DNA of 63,092 nucleotides, filler included, from Lenisia limosa (Eukaryota; Protista; Breviatea): assembly GCA_001655205.1 (NCBI GenBank). It is 9 parts of 9 records of this genome, joined end to end, with 100 filler letters (N's around TTAATTAATTAA, not from the genome) between each part and the next. Parts side by side here need not be neighbours in the genome. Positions count along the whole stretch, not along the records: positions 19,736 to 42,244 come from LPNZ01010460.1; positions 42,345 to 43,720 come from LPNZ01008402.1; positions 43,821 to 48,866 come from LPNZ01006051.1; 6 more parts are not named here. One strand, 5' to 3'. The position numbers and the translations under genes were made by a program. Of the stretch, positions 35,782 through 45,552 are shown piece after piece. Positions within the stretch are counted from its first letter, which is position 1; every line of letters begins with the position of its first letter. The notes below the pieces were generated by a model. That model had not been told where the DNA came from and made no database searches. It saw only the letters and a list, made by a program, of their open reading frames with translations.

Positions 35782-38700
35782 CTAGAAGCCAGTAGCAATT
35801 TCAACGTGTTCAGCGGAGTAGTCGTCTTTGGTGCATGACTTTGAGCAGGTGAACACGGCAGCGGTGGAGATCTCAATTGCCGACTGCTCTCGTCTGACGT
35901 TGGGGCCCGTGGCTGAGCGGGTGAGAGAACAGGGAAAAGAGAATAGCTAGAGCTTTCTGATTTCTAATGAATAAGTATATTACATTACAATAATAAGAAA
36001 GGGTGAAAGAGGGGGGGGGGGGGNNNNNNNNNNNNNNNNNNNNNNNNNNNNNNNNNNNNNNNNNNNNNNNNNNNNNNNNNNNNNNNNNNNNNNNNNNNNN
36101 NNNNNNNNNNNNNNNNNNNNNNNNNNNNNNNNNNNNNNNNNNNNNNNNNNNNNNNAAAAAAAACCACGGCTATCCTAACATAAAACGAATAATTTGGTAA
36201 GTATACTGTATTGCAATGAGAAATAAAAAATAAGGTTGTGTCTGGCCGAAGCCGTCCACACCATCATGCTGATAGAGATATTGGATTATCGTTTTATATT
36301 AATTCACCCAATCATTTGCAATACAACTCTGTGCACACAGCTTTCTGCGTGCCTCCCCAGAAGCATAGTCATTACTACTATTCCCTGATGTAAAATCTTT
36401 TATAACAGAATCGAAATAACACAAGTCACGCTCTGATATAGTTCTTTTTCACTGCGGCGCATCGACTTGGGATACCCATGCATTATTTGGGAATCCATAA
36501 ATGTCTTCGAATTTTCATAAAATTTCATGGAATTCCCAAGTAAAATATGGGAATTCCAACGTTTGATAAGAATCCCAAGTCGATGCGCCATAGCGTTGTC
36601 GATTTCTTAAACCCGCTTTAATCTCCACTTACCCGAGCCCAGAACCGGGATGATCGGGGAGCAGAGCTGGAACTCAAATAGGCGGGGGGCGCCACAGTTG
36701 GCGCAACAGCCGCTTTCTGGCACGTCCTTTTCGGGCCAAAGAAGTCTGCCTCCAATATGGTCATATCGGAGTACCTGTCGCGGAGTAAAATTGGAAAACT
36801 TATGAAAGAAAAAAACCCGAAGTCAACTCGATTGTGATCAATACAAAAACGTGTGATTGCCAGTATAACAAACGATTACACTTCTGTTAGAAGAAGTTAG
36901 CTATAACACCAATATTAGGAGTAATATTTTCTATTTGTTTAGGCTCTGTGAAGCCCGCATTACAAACACCCTTACTGAATCGTTGTTGTGAATTATTGTG
37001 TTTTATGTAGAGTGCACTTTTTTCCGAAAGGCTGCTAAAAGCTACAGTTTTCTCGATATTTATCAAGAATTCAGTCTTTTTTGGAACCGGAAGTGAAGCC
37101 CTAGTATTAAGCAATCACACAAAGGGATAAAACAGCAATATGTAATATTTTATCTTCGGAGGCTCATTGTATACGTCAAATATACTTTTTGGATCTGTGT
37201 AGTAAATCAAGCAATCAATCTCACAAACTTGCTCGGGGTTCTCCTTTATTCTCTGAATGAAGATGGCCATTGAGTCGGTATCAGCCTCATATTGCTCAGC
37301 ACCCCATTTCTGGGTGGTTAGTGATAGAAATAGACCTCACATCGGCCCGAAAAAGATTTGTACACTACCGTTACACATCGAAAGCCTTAGGTGAAAAGAA
37401 TCACAGAGACAATTCACCCAATAGATAATAACAATATTGATAACATAGTAATGAACCTGAGCCCCAAAATAGAAAAGTTATCATCAGTCATTTATTGGGA
37501 TGAAGGAGAAGCCTTGAACTTACCTCTGAATTGTCTTCAACACCTTTGGGGATTTCCTCTTTCTTTGCCTTCTTTTTCTGAGTTGTTAAATAGTATGATG
37601 AGGTCAGAATGATCAGGCGGTAGCTTCCTTACGGTCCGAAAAGAACGGCAAAATATCGTTAGTTAACGAGTATTTATCGAGAAAAAATCAGTCTTTTGGG
37701 GACCATAGAGAAGCTAGCGGTAACCTTTTAATGGATTCTCACCAGAAATTGCATCAAAATACAATGACAAGGAGCCAACCGTTTCGCGGTGTATTCTTTC
37801 CTCATCAACCTCAACGTAGTAACCCGGGAATGTTCCAGCTTTGGGCCTCAGCATTTTGTCCCTTGAACGTGAAATCAGAGCTTTGAACACTACCACTATT
37901 GGGCAAAAGATCGGTAAACTATCCAAATATATCGAGGATCTATCAAGAAATTCAGTCTTTTTTTGAACCGAAGTGAATATGTTATGTATGTTAATTTTGT
38001 CCCTTGAACGTGAAATTTCAGACCTTTGGAGAAACAAAAAAACACTACTACTTGTTAATATGTTCGTTTTCTCCCCACTCTCACCTAATAGGGTCATCTC
38101 TAAACGTTTCTTTGGGACCCTTCTTGCTGTTGCTCTTCTTCTTTGGAGCCTAAAAATTGTGAGAAGTTGTCTCTGTTCAGTATACCATTTGGGGAAATAA
38201 TAATATTATACCCTAACACGAGATGGGATGACACCCAAATTCTGTTACAATTCAAAAGATGAAATGTTATCGTTGAAGTATAAGCTGATATTGTATGACA
38301 TTCTATTTCATGCTCATTACCTTCTTTTCCTTGACAGGCTCTGATGTCTCCTCGTTCTTCTCCTTCTCCTTTGAAGCTTGGACCGCCCTTTCCTTGGCCT
38401 AAATCTTGAGTGAGTGATGGTAATGTGACATAATACATAGTATATGATATGATACCAATTGTTGAGTATATGGTGATTTATGCAGTGATGTTATGTATTG
38501 CGCAACTCTGTTTTATTATAAAAGAATGAAAAACATAGACCGCCATCTCCACTTCCCACATTTCGTGCTCTTTCCTTCTTTTTTCGGTTCTTTTCTCTGT
38601 TCTTCTCCTGAGCTTCTGCCTCCTTTTCTAGAAAGAGTAAAATAAAACAGAGGATTTCATTTTTTTTAAAAAAAAAACTCCCACTTTGTTCGATTTCGTT

Positions 38701-41700
38701 CTCGATGTCAGCAAGAGCGCTGATGTCCAAAAGGTCCCCTGACAGGGCAGCTGGAAAGCATAACTCGCGGTTGGAAGAAAAAAGAGGGACAATACACCAA
38801 AAGACATTTCAACATCCAAAAACATGAAAAATCCTTGTCCCAACGTTTCGGGGTTTCCTGGGCCTTTTTCTCCTGGTTGTTCTTACGGGCTCTTGCTCTT
38901 CGTCCCTTCGATTCCCTTTCAACTGACGCGCCATCATCGTCCATTGATTCAGTGTAGTCTGAAGCGAATTAGTGGACACAAAAGATCTTGTCAGTTCCTA
39001 CCACGTTATAGCCTTAGATATTCCCGATTTTCATCTGACCCACGATAACTATATTATTTCACCAGTTGAACCCCCCCCCCCTAACCCGCGGGTGTCCAGT
39101 TTTTGTTCTGCCCCTNNNNNNNNNNNNNNATCCGCCCTTGCCCTTGGCCTTCTCTTTTGTTCTCCTCTTCTTCTATGAGAGATTAGCAACAGAAGGTATA
39201 CACAACACCCCTCTCAAGATAATATATTACAGGCTCAAAAATAAGAGATTATTAAAAGTAGAGATTGTGCCTCCCCACTTGTTGAGCATTTTCATCCTCA
39301 TCATCAGAATCTTTCTGCACCCTAAAATGGGGTAAAGTGCACAATAAATACATGAGCACGTATTCCACTTATGACATTAATGGATGTAGAGACGGGAGAT
39401 CAGATAAAACTAATTTGTATCTGACCGATAGTCGTCCACACCATCACACTTCTTGAGACATTGAATTATAGTATAATAGTTTATCAAGCAGCGTACTTCG
39501 GTTGCGTCTTTGTGGGCTTATTTTCCCTCGATGGCTTTCTGGAGTCTTTCTTCTCTGCCACTTCTTGAACTTCCTTCACTTCAGGCTCCTTCTGTAGTGT
39601 AAGAGAGAGGCTTCGTGACCATTTTCAGTTCGAAATTGTGAGACTTCTCAGTAGGGCTTCACTTCGGTTCAAAAGAGATTGATAGAGTTTTCGAATCGAG
39701 AAATTCAGTCTTTTTTGGAGCCGAAGTGATACTTCTCAGATATTAGCCCCTCAAATCCACTATTTCAACAAGTCACAATGATACACAAAATATGAACAAA
39801 ATAATTTTCAAAAACAAAACATTACTGCTATCTGCCTTCACTATATGATAGACACTCAACCTGTACACTTCAATACATACCTTGATAACAGGCTTCATAA
39901 CGACCTTAGTTTCCTCCTCGTCATCTTCCCATTCATCTTCATCCTCCTCTGCCTCCTGGGCAGTAAATTGTTTTTGGAAATTTTGAAACAAAAATCCGAA
40001 AAATTAACTAGGACATTTGAAAACCTGAGGATTGAAAACAAAAAACAACAAACAAACAGAGCTGAGGTCAGTCGCTCTGGAAATTACAAATTCAATGGAT
40101 CAACATGGGCACACATCAAATCGCTAAAAACAATCAAAAAAAGCCCATGTCTGTTGATTAGCACAGAACCCATTAAAACAATTGAACATTCATTAATGAT
40201 GCGTAAATACACATAGTTTGCAAATGGTGCTCCATACTATCTTGATTGAGGCCCCCTCCCGACCTTTTCAGTGATACGAACGGGTTCTTCTTTTACCTCG
40301 ACAGTTTTTTCTTCTTCCTCCTAAATGATGAGCTGAGAAACAAGCTCAAATCAATTTGTAATTCCATAATCCCCTCCCCCCTGCACTAATATTTGCCGTT
40401 ACTCGGTTCAACAAGCTAATAGTAATATTGGAAAACATTCAGCTTGTATGTATCTCTAAATTGTGTTGATATACCCCCCAGAGAGCTAGCAGGATCTTAT
40501 TCAAAAAACCCACCTTCTTTGGCATTGCCGCTGTGACAGGATCCAGAACTGCACCTTGCGACCTGAAACATTTCCACCTAGGATGTAACTGGTTGTCCGA
40601 AATGGGCGGAATAATTTCGATCTATATATTATATACAATACTAGTATATCATTATATACTATAATATATTATACAACACACATATATATTATTACATAAT
40701 ACATATTATATATGATATGTATTATGTATAAACATGTACTATATGTGTGATTGTATGATATAGTAGAATATACCATTTGTGTATATCACTTCGGTTCGAA
40801 AAAAAGACCAAATTTTTCGATACACCCTCGATAAATATCGATATTTGCCCGGAGTTTTTCGGACCGAAGTGAAACTATAGATATTGGGTCGGCCAAGATC
40901 AATCCAGCATTCCATACCCACCCCTCAGGCTTCAGAGAACACCGTGCTTTATGACACGTGAAAAGATAGAGGATTCGGTTGTAAGACGAGGGATCCGAGG
41001 TTTCAATTGGTGCATATGCCTTCGGGAGTTAAGGGAGTTATGGGGAAAGTGTATAGGCTTAAGTCATTCACACCAACATGTTTTGTGTAGAGATGAGAAA
41101 TAAAAATAGATATTGTACCAAAAAATGAGAAATGGCCGAGCCTTCAACATACAGTAACCGGGATAAGTCGTCTTGACCGATTTGCTGTGATTATCCAAGG
41201 AAAATCGGTCAAGACTTAACCCGGGCAGTGTACATATACCCTTTTGCACATTTTGCTGTAGATTGATCGCCGGATCTTTATGATTCAAGTTTCAATAAAA
41301 AATAATGCAAAAAAAAAAAAAAAAAATNNNNNNNNNNNNNNNNNNNNNNNNNNNNNNNNNNNNNNNNNNNNNNNNNNNNNNNNNNNNNNNNNNNNNNNNN
41401 NNNNNNNNNNNNNNNNNNNNNNNNNNCTCGGGTCAGGAGGGTTCGTTTTCTGCCATACCTGAACTCGTTAAAACCAGCGGCAGATATGTTTCAATTGAAA
41501 CCGCGGCTCTAGTGTTAACTTTCTCAGCTCAAAAGTTCGACTACTTTTCTTCTTAATTCCCCAGTATCAGTTCAATTAGTCTCTTTCTCCTGAAGCAAAT
41601 TTGTCGAAATTTGTCTTTCTCCAACCCCCTGTGGCCAAGTACCGTCCAACGGCTAACAGCCCCTTGCATACTGGCCTGCCACCGATCCAGGAGTATCCCA

Positions 41701-41842
41701 GATCACTTCGAGCACCATTCACCCGTGCTCTTTTATCAGGGAAGCCGAGAACAACTCCTCCTTAAATAGTAAAGATATATCTTGGAGCCTAGTTGGGATA
41801 AAGCTTACCGAGTTCTTCATGATTTTCATCATCACTATCCAT
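35782..41842 (-). CDS. PDCD2L: PDCD2/PDCD2L (Tsr4-like, uS5 chaperone family) protein with a long K/E-rich insert
   Basis: MDSDDENHEELG|GVVLGFPDK...SWIGGRP; YNRILYLFTCHKARC; WKCFRSQ; then charged exons; FPGYYVEVDEE; EQYEAD...RIKENPEQ|VLRYDHIGGRLLWP...CANCGAPRLFEFQL; AVFTCSKSCTKDDYSAEHV...GF*. Matches the PDCD2 N- and C-terminal domain motifs. No MYND finger seen, but N gaps are present. Confidence 0.82.
36211..36360 (-). repeat. Family B full-length copy, reverse orientation
   Basis: gcaatgagaaataaaaaataaggttgtgtctggccgaagccgtccacaccatca...ctctgtgcacacagctttctgcgtgcctccccag. Confidence 0.88.
36456..36589. mobile_element. Single 134-bp element with 18-bp perfect terminal inverted repeats (family D)
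   Basis: ggcgcatcgacttgggat (36456-36473) and atcccaagtcgatgcgcc (36572-36589), in a PDCD2L intron. Confidence 0.7.
39652..39730. mobile_element. MITE family A copy
   Basis: ta-gggcttcacttcggttc...gagccgaagtga, in a PDCD2L intron. Confidence 0.8.
41150..41232. mobile_element. MITE family C copy
   Basis: tacagtaaccgggataagtcgtcttgaccgattt...aaatcggtcaagacttaacccgg. Confidence 0.8.
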
Positions 41843-41929
41843 GATCTTGTGGCAGCTGTTTTATCCTACTTCTTCGCTATACCCCCGTTATTTGTTTATT
41901 ATATAGTTAATACTGCTATTTCGCTGAAT

Positions 41930-42244
41930 AAAGGGAACAGGGTGGGAAAAGAGCTAAAGCCAGCCATTTATAAAACAGAATGCCATCTGACCACCCAGGT
42001 AAAAGTCCTTAAATCTCAATTTTGCTTTTGTTTCAAGCCTTTCTTGGGCCTTGCTTATGTCTCTTGAATAGCACCCAAATAACATATAACCAAAAGAGAT
42101 TTAGTCTTGGAGATATCGGACGAAGCTCGCGAGCGAATCAAAAATGTAAGATTTTTCTTTGCTATTTCTTATGTGGCGACAATATCACTGCATCATGCTT
42201 TGGAACACCCCCAAAGAAGGTTTCTTTTTGACTGCTGTAGGGAC
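41930..42244 (+). CDS. 5' fragment of a spliced gene, cut by a spacer
   Basis: Exon-like LEISDEARERIKN|gtaag and HHALEHPQR|gtttc. Confidence 0.3.
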
Positions 42245-42399
42245 NNNNNNNNNNNNNNNNNNNNNNNNNNNNNNNNNNNNNNNNNNNNTTAATTAATTAA
42301 NNNNNNNNNNNNNNNNNNNNNNNNNNNNNNNNNNNNNNNNNNNNAAAATAGGACAATTGGGGGTAATAATAGTTTGGGGGAGGGAGGAGTGAAACGAAG

Positions 42400-43570
42400 G
42401 AAATTTCGCTGAATACCCACCTGGTGGTAACGCCGCAACAACGTGGCTTTCTGCTCAATGAGAAGACCTTGATCGTCGGCAAGGGATGAAATGTACCGCA
42501 ACGCTCTTTGGAATTCGCCCTAGAGTGGTTAATCACAAGATATCAATGATTGATAGGCCATTTAATGATCAATTACCTTTATACTAGAAACAATGCCACA
42601 AAAGGGGTTAATTCACCCTGCTTAGTAGATGAGAAATTCAGTGAATAATTTGTCCTTAATACTAATTATTCACACTAGATTTAATGCTCTCACCAAGTAA
42701 TAACTACAAAGAAGCAACAAGAAGCACAAGTAAACAAAAATAAGCAAAAGAAGGACAAAGAAGCCTACCTTCTTGGCAGCTTCTTCTGCGGCTTGTGTCA
42801 CCAAAGCTGGGGGGTATTAAAATTGGGGTAGGGAGGGGATGTTGTAAGAGCTCCAATGTACCAATTATAGTAATACCAATTCGAAGGCTTGTAATGATAA
42901 TTCTGTAATACCAATTTTGGAAATATCAATTCTATTAATATTAAAAACCTATCTCAAACAGCTCTAGTTATATCATATTAAAATCATATCCCAAACAGCT
43001 CTAGTTATATCAATTCTATTAATACCCCATTAGGATTCATTATCTCTTCTAAGTGTGATGGTGTTGACGGCTTCGGCAAGATACAACCTATTCTAGAATA
43101 TTCCCCTTAACTCACCTGGCGGCGGTGTAGAGAGAATGGAAGGGTGTCTCAGATGCAGGTCGTAGAGCATCTGTCGGTATCTAAAGAAGTCAGCTTCTTT
43201 AATATTTAACATTTTTATCTTTTGTCTTTCAAAAAAAGAAGAAAAAATTCTGCTAAGTTTTTCACTCAGATCCAGAAGACTGAATATCTTGATACTATTA
43301 GGGCTTCCCTATGGTCTCAAAAGACCGAATCTCTCGATAAATCCTCGATAAATATAGATATTTAAATGGTCTTTTTCGGACTGTAGGAAACCCCTTTTGT
43401 CATCGATATATTTCGATAGTTTGCCGAACTTTCCGTACCTGGGTGAATTTCAGTCCCCCCACCCGATTTTCTTCAAGAGGAGGGAAGCGGTCTTGATGGA
43501 TTGCTGCGTAGACATTCTCTCCAGCACCTCCACCGCCTTCAGCTCCAAGTCCTTCTCTAGAAGTACCTGG
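42400..43570 (-). CDS. Internal exons of a hypothetical helical protein
   Basis: VLLEKDLELKAVEVLERMSTQQSIKTASLLLKKI; YRQMLYDLHLRHPSILSTPPP; ALVTQAAEEAAKK; DDQGLLIEQKATLLRRYHQ, each with AG/GT flanks. Confidence 0.55.
43299..43394. mobile_element. MITE family A, subfamily with CCCTACGGTCC-type TIR
   Basis: ta-gggcttccctatggtct...ggactgtaggaaaccc with the same internal core; related copies near 20930-20998, 28945 and 37622-37713. Confidence 0.75.
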
Positions 43571-44671
43571 GGGTTAGGGATATGAAATGAAATATGTACA
43601 AGTAGAAGGAAATTTCTACAATTACATGTAATATACCTTGAGCTTCACTTCGGTTAGAAAAGACCATTATAATATCAATTGTCCAGAAATTCAGTCTTTT
43701 TTTTTGAACCGAAGTGAAGCNNNNNNNNNNNNNNNNNNNNNNNNNNNNNNNNNNNNNNNNNNNNTTAATTAATTAANNNNNNNNNNNNNNNNNNNNNNNN
43801 NNNNNNNNNNNNNNNNNNNNTTCGTTTGTAAATGACAGAATATTAAGTTAAATATTAGTGTACAATACGTGTTATCCTGTTGAATTCGATAAGATAGTAA
43901 AACTCCTCTATGAATATCCTCAAACACTGCTCTCAAAAGCGAGAATTGAAGGATTTTGGATGCTGATCAATAAAATGTTGCAGGTTTGTTAGAGCTTCTG
44001 TCGCTCCTTTTGACTCAATTAGGTTGCCTACTGACTTAAATGAGGAGTGGTTTGTCTAACTTGAACTTTGCCTGCTCCCCCTACTCCCACTCTGCCTGTG
44101 TAATGATCATTTAGAGCATTTGAAGAACTTTATCAATTCATTCAAGCAGTTTTTGCACCTCGTTGCTTCATTCATTGATCTGATCCCTGAACCGATGTTT
44201 ATCCCCCGGTCCTCTGCCTCTCTTGCGGCGCGTTTTGAGACTCTCTGATGATTTCTTCCTTTTTTTTATTCTCATTCCCCAAAACCTACTCTCCTTTCCT
44301 TTTTTTGGTGATCTTTACCAAATGGGAATGAAAATATGAAATCCCAAAGAAATCTTTATATCTCCCTGTGGATTGTATCTTTTTTCATATTCACTATTGA
44401 TTGTTTTCATATTTTATCATATTTACACGTGATTCTATCATATTTCTCCTTCTTTCTCTCTCTCCCCCCTCCCTTCTTACTCCCACTATCCCCTTTGTAC
44501 CGAAAGGATCTTGAGTTAGCTGAACTCTACTTTACAAATGAAGTTTTAATTAACAATATGACGAAAATATGGAAAATATGATCAAATTTACAGTAAATAA
44601 TGACGTTCCAAATCTTCCCATGTGTATATGATAGCTGATATTCGACGTAGACCTCGGAGGTACGGCATTCG

Positions 44672-44973
44672 GGATTTCCGCGGTTGTTTTAAGGAGGTTC
44701 CTCGGTTCTCGCTCGGCTATGCCTCGTTCGTCTCTCGGAACCTCCTTAAAACAACCGCGGAAATCCTGAAATGCCATATCCCCTCGGGAACAACGTTCCC
44801 CTTGTGTATGTGATTTCTCATATCTACCCGTCGCAGCCTTAGTGGATGGTGGAGTGAACTTTTTGAATTGATTATTTGCGGATGGTCCTTGGGACTCACT
44901 CGGCTAAAGCCTCGTTCGTCACTCTGAACATCCTTAAACAATCAATTCAAAAAGTTCACTCCACCATATCCAC
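44672..44973. repeat. Two adjacent long palindromes with unrelated arms but a shared loop motif
   Basis: 30-bp perfect inverted repeat 44672-44701/44737-44766 and 27-bp perfect inverted repeat 44847-44873/44940-44966; both loops contain ctc(g/a)ctcggcta(t/aa)gcctcgttcgtc(t/a)ctc. Confidence 0.92.
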
Positions 44974-45552
44974 CCGTGGACTGGCATAACATAGTGAAAT
45001 TGGAATTTTTGGGAATTTCAGCATTCATATATTCAAACAAATATCATATTTTATGCTAATATCATGATCCTTACGGGACAAGGGGGACAGGGGGGGGGGG
45101 GTAATAAAGNNNNNNNNNNNNNNNNNNNNNNNNNNNNNNNNNNNNNNNNNNNNNNNNNNNNNNNNNNNNNNNNNNNNNNNNNNNNNNNNNNNNAATGTCA
45201 AAAATATGACTTATAGGGCAAATGTCATATTTTTAGAATGCGCCAGAATAGGGCAAATGTCATATATAAATACATATGACTTTTATTTTCATCTAAAATT
45301 TGTGATTTGTCATAAAAATATGACTTTTTGCCATATTTTTCTCTTCTCTAAATAAGCGTTTCCCTTGTGTTTTCTATCGAATATGACAGTTTTGAACCAT
45401 TGATTTCCTCATCAAAATCTTATCTAAGCCAAAAGATACGACCAAAAAGAAGGAAGAGAGGAGCAGAAGGAAGCATAAATTTTGCACAGCAAAATCTTTT
45501 GATCAGATGATTTATTTGTACATTTTGTTGCTCAATTGAGCTGCAATTGAGC

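Noticed and set aside
35820-35950. Plus-strand frame VHDFEQVNTAAVEIS...* as the last radical SAM exon
   Set aside because: The minus strand encodes the conserved PDCD2_C end (AVFTCSKSC...), so this stretch belongs to PDCD2L.
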